Positions 1 to 8,240 of a stretch of 64,000 bases of DNA are shown in pieces. Made by a program: the position numbers and the translations under genes. Source of the DNA: Candidatus Marinacidobacterales bacterium (GTDB lineage Bacteria > Acidobacteriota > Vicinamibacteria > Marinacidobacterales > SMYC01); contig CBDCYI010000004.1 in the NCBI GenBank assembly GCA_965224085.1, positions 672,001 to 736,000 on the forward strand. The letters run 5' to 3'. The notes beneath the pieces were generated by a model. It saw only the letters and a program-made list of their open reading frames with translations, was not told the DNA's origin and did no database searches. Numbering within the stretch: the first letter of the stretch is position 1; the number at the start of each line of letters is the position of its first letter.

Positions 1-1
1 T

Positions 2-769
2 GGCCGCACGTGGGGGAAGGGGCCGCAGCGCCGCCCGCTCTATACGAGCCGAGCGACGGTCCTGGACAGCCCCGTCTGGCGTCTCATCGACGCGTTGCGC
101 TCGATGTACGACCCGGATACCAATCGAATTCTGATCGATGGCTATTACGACGCCATTCGAGAACCGAACGACGAAGAGCGCCGGTTGTTGCAGGTGATCG
201 GAACGAACATGAAGCATCGGATTCTTGCCTACGAGCGGGACAACATCGAGGCTTTCCGGGATGACTGGACGCCGGAGATCGCGGCCCATCATCTGATGTT
301 CGACACCACGTTCAACGTCGCGGGCGTTATAGCACCGGCTGCCCTTCCTCACCGAGCGTCCGCCCGTGTCGACAGCCGCCTCGTGCCGGATCAAGAGCCC
401 TCGAAGCAGATCGAGCTCGTGCGAGATCATCTAGCAAGAAAAGGATTCGGAGATATCGAGCTCGACGTGCTCGGCGGCTACACCTGGTCTCAGAACAGCG
501 TCACGAGTCGCCCCGTTCAGGCGGTGCTCTCCGTCTACCGCCAGCGTGGATACGAGCCACTCGTCTGGCCCCGCTATCCCGGCTCACACAACGAGCATCT
601 TTTCACCCGTGAGCTCGGCCTACCCGCCGCGCGTGGTGGCCTCGGGCATGGCGGAAACGATCACGCTCCGGACGAGTACATCGTGGTCGGCCGGCAGGGG
701 CGGGTGGCCGGCGTCGTCGAAGCCGAAGCATCGATGGCCGAAATCCTCGTGACCTATGCAGCTTTATAG
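2..769 (+). CDS. M20/M25/M40 family metallopeptidase, C-terminal part (5' end outside window)
   Basis: Frame is open from the window edge (..LDSPVWRLIDALRSMYD..ILIDGYYDAI..); dimerisation-domain signature ASARVDSRLVPDQEP and C-terminal HAPDEY motif. Confidence 0.8.
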   Translation, partial: GRTWGKGPQRRPLYTSRATVLDSPVWRLIDALRSMYDPDTNRILIDGYYDAIREPNDEERRLLQVIGTNMKHRILAYERDNIEAFRDDWTPEIAAHHLMFDTTFNVAGVIAPAALPHRASARVDSRLVPDQEPSKQIELVRDHLARKGFGDIELDVLGGYTWSQNSVTSRPVQAVLSVYRQRGYEPLVWPRYPGSHNEHLFTRELGLPAARGGLGHGGNDHAPDEYIVVGRQGRVAGVVEAEASMAEILVTYAAL

Positions 770-932
770 AGCAACGCGCAGCTTTGCCAGTTTGGCGTTG
801 AGAGGTGACGTCACCTCGTTCAAGCTGGAGAATTCGCAGTGCAACGCCCCGGGTAGGCTTTGAAATTTCCTATACTTATACTTCCTATACTTTATACTTC
901 GCTCGTCTAGCGCGAATCGAATCGAACCTTAG

Positions 933-1472
933 TGTCTCTTCCGGGGATGGTCGAAACCCCTCGCCTTTAGGCGAAGAGAAGATCGTGGTATTGTGGTCGC
1001 GTGCGTCACTACAGGCACGGAGCGCACACGAAAACGGACCTAAAAGCGCACATCGTTTGGATACCGAAATATCGTAAAAAGGTTTTGATCGGTCCAGTAG
1101 CGGTTCGTGTGCGCGATCTGATTCGTCAGATCGCGATGGAACATGAGCTGCACATAATCTCGGGTAAGGTTGCACGCGACCACGTCCACGTGTTCGTATC
1201 CTACCGACCACACCAGGACCTGAGTACGATCGTGCAGTGGCTAAAAGGAATAAGCTCCCGAGTACTCCTTCAGGAGTTTGCTCACCTGAGGAAGAAGTTT
1301 TGGGGCCGGCACTTCTGGGCCCGAGGATATCTGGCGGTGAGTTCAGGAAGCATAACGGACGAGATGGTAAAGGAGTACATAGACTCCCAGGATGGCGAGC
1401 CTCTTCACGACGACAGTCAATTTCCAATTGACAGCCCTTGAAGCCACCGCCTTCTAGGCGGTGGTTGTTCAC
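933..1472 (+). mobile_element. IS200/IS605-family insertion sequence (tnpA only)
   Basis: Left subterminal hairpin TCGCCT-TT-AGGCGA (961-974) preceded by AAAC; right hairpin CCACCGCCT-TCT-AGGCGGTGG (1444-1464) preceded by GAAG and followed by ..TTCAC (1472); candidate target TTAG at 929-932. The left boundary is inferred. Confidence 0.8.
1001..1441 (+). CDS. tnpA: IS200/IS605 Y1 HUH transposase TnpA
   Basis: HIVWIPKYRK, HUH motif DHVHVF, KGISSR, FWARGY and catalytic Tyr in VKEYIDSQ; 146 aa. Confidence 0.95.
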   Translation: MRHYRHGAHTKTDLKAHIVWIPKYRKKVLIGPVAVRVRDLIRQIAMEHELHIISGKVARDHVHVFVSYRPHQDLSTIVQWLKGISSRVLLQEFAHLRKKFWGRHFWARGYLAVSSGSITDEMVKEYIDSQDGEPLHDDSQFPIDSP

Positions 1473-1476
1473 TGGC

Positions 1477-2686
1477 TCAAAAATGCAACGACCAGTTGAG
1501 CTGGATGTATCCATCCTTCCTAATCCCGTATAGAAACAGGTCTTCGCGAGGCACGCCGACGAAATCTCTCGCTTCGACTTCTAGTGTCCAGCTCGAGCCG
1601 ATGCGTCGGCTCGCCTCGACGTTGATGAAGCTCGCACCAGTCTCGCGGTCGACGCTCGCGCCGGCGAGAATCTCGGTGCTTTGCACGTCGTTGAAAGCGA
1701 AGCGCGCGCCGACGAACACGTCGTCGTCCAACGGTGTCAGTGCTAGTTTGCCGCGTTCGTCAAAGGAGTACTCGGTGAGGACGCCGAGGTCGAGACCGGA
1801 GCTCTTGAGGTTTCCAAACGTGTACTCGAAACCGCCGGTGAACGCGTAATAGCGATCACCTTGTCCGAATCGGTTGATGGCCTCGAGCTTCCATAGCCAA
1901 CCTCCGTGGGTCATCTGAAGATCGAGCCCGGTCTGATCGATGAGATCGTATATCGGCACGAGCCCCGCGTCTCCAGTGTTCGGGTCGGGGAGGAAGCGAG
2001 GGTCGCGGCTCGTCCCGTGGAAGTGGGAGACGCCGAGATCCCACGCGCCGAACGCGTGGGACCACCGCGCCGCCCAGTCGACATGGCTCCGGCCGCTCTC
2101 GGATTCGTAAATCGGGTTTTCGGTGTCGAGAGGAAAACCGATTCCTGGCCGGCTGTCGCTTCCGAAAAAGCGCCGCTCGCGAAAGCCGAGCAACGCGAAA
2201 ACGTCGAACGTGCCGAAAGAGCGAATGATCGCCAAGTTGACCATCGGCTGGCCGAGCTTCGTCTCACTGTCGATATTCTCGTTCAAGTCGGTCTGGTTGA
2301 TGATGTCGACGAGATGTCTCGACTCGGTCACACCCCGAAACACTCTGCGAACGCCGGCGCGCACTTCGAACGCGCGAGCGCTCCACTGCCACGTGAGCTC
2401 GCGGACGTCCCAGTCGGTGCGCTCGGGGTCGTTTTGATCCAAACGGCCGAACGCCGACCAACAGGAACGACTGTCGCCCTTCGCTCCACTCCTGATACCA
2501 CTCGGGCTCGAACGCGAGCGACAGATTGCCGCCGTAGGAGTCTTCGCCGAGTGCACTTCGCGGAAAAATGCGGCCCTCGAACGACAACTTCCCGTTCCAC
2601 TCGCCCGCCTCGGGCGCTGCGCCGAAAAACGTCGTCGCGAGCAGCAATAACGTCCCCAAGCGAGCGCTCAATCCGAAGCGGTTCAC
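1477..2686 (-). pseudogene. Outer-membrane beta-barrel (porin-like) protein, frameshifted near 2455
   Basis: Signal peptide and N-terminus in ORF 2264..2686 (..FEPEWYQEWSEGRQSFLL) continue in another frame (SAFGRLDQNDPERTDWDVRELTW..ESRHLVDIINQTD..) to a C-terminal Phe; one extra base near 2455. Confidence 0.65.
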
Positions 2687-4704
2687 GGTCTTACCTCGCG
2701 CGTTTGAGACTGTTCCGATCGAAGTCGCGATAGGAGAGGCCGGTACCGAGCTCGTATTGGTCCCAAGTCAAAAGCGTGCTCTTGCCGGTCTGACGGTTCT
2801 CCATGAACAGCGCGTGAGCCCGCCAGTACCCGCCGCCGTATTGCTCGTACCCGGAGTAAGTGAGCGTTTTCAGAAGCTCGTCTTTTCTGTCGTAGAACTC
2901 GATCTTCTCCGGACGGTACTCGTTTTTGTCGTACCAAACGATTTGACGAGTGTAGCCGGAATCTTTGTCGACAGGAACGCGCTCGACGACAAAACAGTCC
3001 CGCTCGTTCGCTGCCTCGTCGCGCAAATAGCGATACGTGTATTTGTCCACTTCCTGCGACGCGAGGTCTTCGTAGGAGAACTCGCTCCCCATGAACGGAC
3101 CCGACTTGTTGTTGGACGCGATGCGCTTCACTCGTTTCAGCGCGGGGAGGTAGAGCCATTGGTCGTCGGGGCCGGTGCGGTGGGTGTAGGTTAAAAACGC
3201 GGTGCCTTTGACGTCCCGTGGTCGGTCGAAGATCACGAGCAGCTTGTCGCCGTTGTCGTTGAGCGTGTTGAGGGGGAGGAGAGCCGTCAGCAGCACTGCA
3301 GCCAACCCGCCGACCCAAAGAAGCGGGCGCCGGTGCGAAACGACGAAATCCGCGACTTTGTCCATGGCGTTCGCCGCCGAGGTCGGTGCGGTCCTCGCGA
3401 TTGGCAAGCTCCAAGCTCCCGCCATGGGCTTCCGCGATTTGACGGCTCAGCACGAGACCGATTCCGCTCCCCGAAACTTTGGTCGTGAAGAAAGGCACGA
3501 ATAAGTTCGCCGTATTCGAAAGCCCCGGTCCTTCATCTTCGATAAAGACCTCGAGATTCTCGTCGTTCACCGCCCAGCGCACCCGCACGCGGCCTTTGGT
3601 CTCCTCCGCCGCGTCCGCGGCGTTGCGCAACAGATTAATGAGCAGCTGCTCGAGCTGGTCGCCGTCGGCTTGAATCCGGATGGGTGGCCCCGCTTCAATC
3701 TCGACCGGATAGCTCGTTTGGAGTGCCGAAACACGCCTGACGAGCGTATCGACATCCACGGGTTGAAACGTCGGCTCGGGAAGGCGCGCGAGACGAGCAT
3801 AGGCGCTCATGAAGCGGCTCAACGCTTCGCTGCGCTCGCCGATGACGGCGAGCCCGCGCTTCATGTCGACTTTCCAATCATCGCCTTGGTCTCGATCGAG
3901 CAAATGAGCCAGTGTTCCCGCCATCGATTTGATAGGTGCCAGCGAGTTGTTGAGCTCGTGGCCGATGACACGGATGAGCCGCCGCCAGGCTTGCCGCTCC
4001 TCCTCTCGAAGCGCTTGGCTCAGGTCGGTGAGGACGACGATATGGTGGGGTCTTCCCTCCTCGCGAAAGCTGCCACGACGCATACCCCATCGGCCTGTTT
4101 TTCCTGGAAACGTTTTCTGAAACGTGCGATCGCTCGCGCCGCTCAGCGCTTCGAGCAGCCCGAGCTCGGATGCTTTGCGTCCGAGGAGTCGTTCTTCGGG
4201 CTGCGAGAGCAGGCGCTCGCCGGCCCGATTGACGAGTTTCAGCTCTTCTTCATCGTTGAACGTGAACAGCGCGACGTCGATCTCTGCCATGACCGTGCGC
4301 AGAAGGTTCGTGGCCTCGAGCGCGCCGAGGCGCTGGTCATGGAGCGTTTCGCCGAGCACGTTCGCCTCGAGCATGACTTGACCGAGCGCTTCATCCGTGT
4401 TCGCACCACGCGCCCGAATCGAATAGTCGCCTTCTCGAAGTGCGGCGAGCAGGTTCGAGAGTGTTTGCAGCGGGGTCACGACGCGCTCCCGCACTGCGAA
4501 CGAGAACCCGAGCCAGCCACCGAGAATGAACAGACCCAGTGTCCACTGCACTTTGGCGGTGTAGTCTCCCCCCCAGATGAGAATCATGGAAACGACCACA
4601 CCAGGGAGCCCCGCAGCGAGCGCCAGAAGAAGAACGTGGGTGTCGTGACTCAAGGCTCGCCGGCGGGAGACGAGAGTGAGAGAAGCGGGAGGATCTTCGC
4701 CCAC
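2683..4704 (-). CDS. Sensor histidine kinase (TM-HAMP-PAS-HisKA-HATPase); native C-terminus lost near 3385, then reads through a non-homologous tail
   Basis: H-box GHELNNSLAPI, N-box LINLLRNA, DEGPG, LFVPFFTTK, GSGIGL; homology stops at ..LELANREDRT. Confidence 0.85.
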   Translation of the reverse strand: MGEDPPASLTLVSRRRALSHDTHVLLLALAAGLPGVVVSMILIWGGDYTAKVQWTLGLFILGGWLGFSFAVRERVVTPLQTLSNLLAALREGDYSIRARGANTDEALGQVMLEANVLGETLHDQRLGALEATNLLRTVMAEIDVALFTFNDEEELKLVNRAGERLLSQPEERLLGRKASELGLLEALSGASDRTFQKTFPGKTGRWGMRRGSFREEGRPHHIVVLTDLSQALREEERQAWRRLIRVIGHELNNSLAPIKSMAGTLAHLLDRDQGDDWKVDMKRGLAVIGERSEALSRFMSAYARLARLPEPTFQPVDVDTLVRRVSALQTSYPVEIEAGPPIRIQADGDQLEQLLINLLRNAADAAEETKGRVRVRWAVNDENLEVFIEDEGPGLSNTANLFVPFFTTKVSGSGIGLVLSRQIAEAHGGSLELANREDRTDLGGERHGQSRGFRRFAPAPASLGRRVGCSAADGSPPPQHAQRQRRQAARDLRPTTGRQRHRVFNLHPPHRPRRPMALPPRAETSEAHRVQQQVGSVHGERVLLRRPRVAGSGQIHVSLFARRGSERAGLFCRRARSCRQRFRLHSSNRLVRQKRVPSGEDRVLRQKRRASENAHLLRVRAIRRRVLAGSRAVHGEPSDRQEHAFDLGPIRARYRPLLSRLRSEQSQTREVRP
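2691..3255 (-). pseudogene. Outer-membrane lipoprotein-sorting (LolA-like) protein lacking its own N-terminus
   Basis: GDKLLVIFDRPRDVKGTAFL..DDQWLYLPALKRVKRIAS..SGPFMGSEFSYEDL motifs; the native signal peptide appears replaced by an MMPL-like fragment. Confidence 0.75.
3256..3385 (-). pseudogene. Short internal relic of an MMPL/RND-type transporter
   Basis: AMDKVADFVVSHRRPLLWVGGLAAVLLTALLPLNTLND resembles the mid-protein TM segment of the MMPL/RND transporters usually encoded just upstream of LolA-like genes. Confidence 0.5.
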
Positions 4705-4708
4705 GGCG

Positions 4709-6076
4709 CTACAGCCGGTACCGCTCTAGCCGGCGATAGAGAGCGCTGCGGCTCAGCCCGAGCGCTTTGGAAGCGTGACTCACATTTCCGTTGTAACGCG
4801 CGAGCGCTTTTTGAATCAAGAGACGCTCGACGTCTTCGAGGTTCATATCCTCGAGCGTTCCCACACCGTCTTCGGATACGGCGCGAAGCCCGAGGTCGGA
4901 GACACGGATCATCTTCCCTTTCGCCATCAAAACGGCGCGCTCGGTCGCATGATCCAGCTCACGGATATTACCCGGCCAGGAGAACTCGGCGAGCGCATGA
5001 CGGGCTTTGTCTTCGAAGCCAACGACGTTCTTGCGATAGTGGCGCGCATGTTGGCGTAAGAACGTCATCGCGAGCGGCTCGATATCGGCCCGACGCTCCC
5101 TGAGCGGCGGTAAATGGAGCTCGATCGTGTTCAGCCGAAAAAGCAAATCCTGGCGGAACCGTCCCTCCGAGACTTCTTGTGCCAGGTCGGAATTCGTCGC
5201 AGACAGAATGCGCACATGCGCCTGTTTCGTTTTCGACGAGCCGACGCGCTCGAACTCTCCCGTTTCCAGAACACGCAGAAGTTTCCGCTGCTGGCTATGG
5301 GGGATGTTCGCGATTTCGTCGAGAAAGAGCGTGCCGCCATCGGCGAGCTCGAAGCGCCCGACCCGGTCGGTCTTCGCATCGGTGTAGGCGCCTTTCACAT
5401 GACCGAAGAGCTCGCTCTCGAAAACACCTTCGGACAGACCGCCGACGTTCACCGTGACCATCGGCCGACCGGCGCGCGAGGACACCGCGTGCATCGTGCG
5501 CGCCACGACGCCCTTTCCCGTGCCGTTCTCACCCGTGATGAGCACGTTCGCGTCCGACGGCCCGACTCGGTGGATGAGCTCGAGGACCGGCTTCATCGCC
5601 GCCGATTCGGTCACGAGCTTCGGCGAGTCCTGCCGGAGCAGCTCGTTCTCGCGCTCGAGGCGCTCGCCGCGGCGAAGCGCACGGCCGAGCTCGATCTGCG
5701 TTCTCAGGATGCTGAGAAGCCGCGCGTTGTCCCACGGCTTTTGTACGAAATCGCGCGCGCCGTGGCGCATCGCTTCGACAGTGAGCTCGACGCTCCCCCA
5801 CGCGGTCATGACGACGACGGGAAGCGTTTCATCAACGTCTTTCAACCGCTCGAGTAGATCGAGTCCTTCTTGCCCAGAGGTCGTGTCCCGCGCATAGTTC
5901 AAATCCATCAAGAGTAGATCGAAGTCCTGTCCTTCGACGGCCTTGACGATGCCTTCGGGCGTGTCGATGGTCTCGGTACTGTAGCCTTCCGATTTGAGTA
6001 AGAGCCTCAACGCCTCGCAAACGTCGGGTTGGTTGTCAGCCACGAGAACGCGTGGGACCGCCCCTCTCATGTTCAA
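4709..6076 (-). CDS. Sigma54-dependent NtrC-family response regulator (REC-AAA+-HTH)
   Basis: REC LLLMDLNY, Walker A GENGTGKG, ESELFGHVKGAYTDA, LFLDEI, WPGNIREL, Fis-type HTH ALGLSRSALYRRL. Confidence 0.93.
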   Translation of the reverse strand: MNMRGAVPRVLVADNQPDVCEALRLLLKSEGYSTETIDTPEGIVKAVEGQDFDLLLMDLNYARDTTSGQEGLDLLERLKDVDETLPVVVMTAWGSVELTVEAMRHGARDFVQKPWDNARLLSILRTQIELGRALRRGERLERENELLRQDSPKLVTESAAMKPVLELIHRVGPSDANVLITGENGTGKGVVARTMHAVSSRAGRPMVTVNVGGLSEGVFESELFGHVKGAYTDAKTDRVGRFELADGGTLFLDEIANIPHSQQRKLLRVLETGEFERVGSSKTKQAHVRILSATNSDLAQEVSEGRFRQDLLFRLNTIELHLPPLRERRADIEPLAMTFLRQHARHYRKNVVGFEDKARHALAEFSWPGNIRELDHATERAVLMAKGKMIRVSDLGLRAVSEDGVGTLEDMNLEDVERLLIQKALARYNGNVSHASKALGLSRSALYRRLERYRL

Positions 6077-6759
6077 TTTCTATCGACCCAGCCGTCCTTC
6101 AACCGGATGATGCGATTTCCATAGGCCGCGTTCGTCTCCGAATGCGTCACTTGAATGATCGTCGTGCCTTCATGGTTGAGCGTTTTGAAGAGCTCCATGA
6201 TCTCCCGGCCTTGTTCGGTATGGAGATTACCGGTGGGCTCGTCCGCAAGGATCACGCTCGGCTGCATGATGACCGCACGCGCGACGCCCACGAGCTGCTG
6301 CTGGCCGCCGGACAGCTGACTCGGGTACAGATCCTTCTTGCCGACGATCGCGAAACGATCGAGCACGTCACCAACCATCGCCTGGCGCTCCGAGCGCCGG
6401 ATGTTGCGATACGAGAGCGGGATTTCGAGGTTCTCATATACGGTGAGGTTGTCGAGCAAGTGATAAGCCTGAAAGACGAAGCCGATGAATTGCTTGTGCA
6501 GCTCGTTGCGATGTTTGACCTTCATGTCGTGGACGGAGTGGTCTTGAAAGTAATATTCACCGCCCCATTCACCATCGAGCATCCCGAGAATATGAAGAAG
6601 CGTGGATTTGCCCGCACCGGAGGGCCCCATGATGGTGACGAAATCACCTTCTTCGAAGTCGAGCGTGATTTGCCGAAGCACATAAGTGCGCCCCGCACGG
6701 GATTCGTAGAACTTTTCGAGATTATTCAGCCGGATCAGCGGCTCTCCGTTTTCACTCAC
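6073..6759 (-). CDS. ABC transporter ATP-binding protein (MacB/LolD-type)
   Basis: GPSGAGKST, LSGGQQQ, LADEPTGNL, VTH. Confidence 0.93.
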   Translation of the reverse strand: MSENGEPLIRLNNLEKFYESRAGRTYVLRQITLDFEEGDFVTIMGPSGAGKSTLLHILGMLDGEWGGEYYFQDHSVHDMKVKHRNELHKQFIGFVFQAYHLLDNLTVYENLEIPLSYRNIRRSERQAMVGDVLDRFAIVGKKDLYPSQLSGGQQQLVGVARAVIMQPSVILADEPTGNLHTEQGREIMELFKTLNHEGTTIIQVTHSETNAAYGNRIIRLKDGWVDRN

Positions 6760-6805
6760 TTGCTTGGACCCCTGTTCATTCTGTTCGTTTTGCTATGAGT
6801 CAAGA

Positions 6806-8056
6806 TCAATTCAGGCGGATTTTTCGGTAGTCTTCCCACGCGGCGGTATCGGACAAGATGACCTCATCTCCTTCGTTCAGCCCGGCGACGATCTCGATCG
6901 TATTGACCGAGCTCTTCCCCAGAATTACGTCGACACGCTCCGCGGTTCCGTCGCCGATAAGCCGGAACAGACCAATCGTCGTCCCCGCTTGGCCATAGGC
7001 CGGACGGCCCACGTAGAGAACGTCCTCGAGACGTTCGATCTCGACGGTGCCGTCGACGCTCAGGTCCGGGCGCGCGCCCTTGGGAAGTTCGGAGACCAGC
7101 TCCACGTCCACCGTGACGGTCCCCTCCTGAACTGCTGGATCGATGCGGATGACCCGGCCCTCGATGATCCCGTTCCTCGTGTCGATGCTCGCGCGTTGCC
7201 CGATCTCGACATCTTTGGCTTGTGTTTCCGCGATCCGCAGCTCGGCTTTCAAGTGCTCGGGCTGCGCGACGCGCGCGAGGTTCAAGCCAGGCGTGACTTG
7301 CTGGCCAGCTTCGACCGGTACTTGCTGAAGGACGCCGCGGATACCCGGTCGCACTTCGAGCCCGTCGACCTGACTCTTGCGAAGCGCATAGAGAGCGCTG
7401 AGCTGCTGGACGCGTGAAGCTTCGGCCGCGAGACGGGCCTCGTTCGATTCCATCGCGATCGCGAGCCGCTTTTGCTCGAGCCCGTTCCGCACCTCGAGCT
7501 CGGTCGCGCGCTCGGCGGAGAATTTGAGCGCGAGATCTCCGATGATGCCTTCGTCATGGATTTCGGTATCGGCTTCGAGCTGTAAGACGGCGGTGCGGTA
7601 CTCGGCCTGCACCGAGGCCGCGAGGGCTCGTTGGTTCAAAAGCTGGCTTTCGAGCCGAACTTGCAGGTCCTCGTAGCTCGCGTCCGCGGCGCGCAGCTGG
7701 AGCCGCGCGGCTTCGAGCGACTGTACGAGCTCCGGATTCGCCATCTCCAGTATGACCGTGTCTGCTTCCACGTCCGTGCCCGGAAGCACGAGCACGCGCT
7801 CGACACGGCCGTCGGTGCGCGCGGCGAGCCATCGGATCTCGACGGGAACGAGCGTTCCGGGCCCGCGCACTTGACGAAGCATCGAGCCCTTCGCGACTCT
7901 ATCCATCCAGACGGTCGAGCGATCGACCGAGGGCGCCGCCGGCTCGAGCTGGGCGACCCAAGCAGCGAGCGCGAGAAACACCACCCCCCCGACGATATAC
8001 ATAATCGTCTGCTTGCGTTTGCGAGCCTCAGCGACTCCTTCGCGCTTGACGTCCAT
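6806..8056 (-). CDS. HlyD/RND periplasmic adaptor (membrane fusion protein)
   Basis: N-terminal TM, VRGPGTLVP, lipoyl-like GRVERVLVLPG, coiled coil, GRVIRIDPAVQEGTV. Confidence 0.88.
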   Translation of the reverse strand: MDVKREGVAEARKRKQTIMYIVGGVVFLALAAWVAQLEPAAPSVDRSTVWMDRVAKGSMLRQVRGPGTLVPVEIRWLAARTDGRVERVLVLPGTDVEADTVILEMANPELVQSLEAARLQLRAADASYEDLQVRLESQLLNQRALAASVQAEYRTAVLQLEADTEIHDEGIIGDLALKFSAERATELEVRNGLEQKRLAIAMESNEARLAAEASRVQQLSALYALRKSQVDGLEVRPGIRGVLQQVPVEAGQQVTPGLNLARVAQPEHLKAELRIAETQAKDVEIGQRASIDTRNGIIEGRVIRIDPAVQEGTVTVDVELVSELPKGARPDLSVDGTVEIERLEDVLYVGRPAYGQAGTTIGLFRLIGDGTAERVDVILGKSSVNTIEIVAGLNEGDEVILSDTAAWEDYRKIRLN

Positions 8057-8060
8057 CTTT

Positions 8061-8094
8061 AATGAGCTCCGATCTCCAATGAGCTCCGATCTCC
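8061..8094. repeat. 17-bp tandem duplication AATGAGCTCCGATCTCC x2 over the RBS region of the HlyD gene
   Basis: Exact copies at 8061-8077 and 8078-8094; reads GGAGATCGGAGCTCATT on the coding strand. Confidence 0.85.
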
Positions 8095-8115
8095 GAGTTC
8101 AAGCTATCACGCAGC

Positions 8116-8130
8116 GCAAGTTGTGTGCCA
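8116..8130 (-). promoter_or_regulatory. Sigma54 (-24/-12) promoter of the HlyD-ABC-RR-HK operon
   Basis: Minus strand TGGCAC-ACAAC-TTGC; AT-rich IHF-like tract 8156-8172 and near-palindrome TGTCCG-TTTT-CGAACA at 8205-8220 upstream. Confidence 0.75.
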
Positions 8131-8240
8131 ATCGGTGCCAACTTCGTATCTGTCTAATTATTAATCACTAATGCGATCCCGTCCCGTTTGGCAGCCTGGA
8201 TCGATGTCCGTTTTCGAACACCTATGCGCTCGCTTTCACT

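Noticed and set aside
2683-3385. C-terminal ~230 aa of the 673-aa kinase ORF as a novel domain
   Set aside because: It is an out-of-frame reading of the MMPL and LolA-like relics after a deletion.
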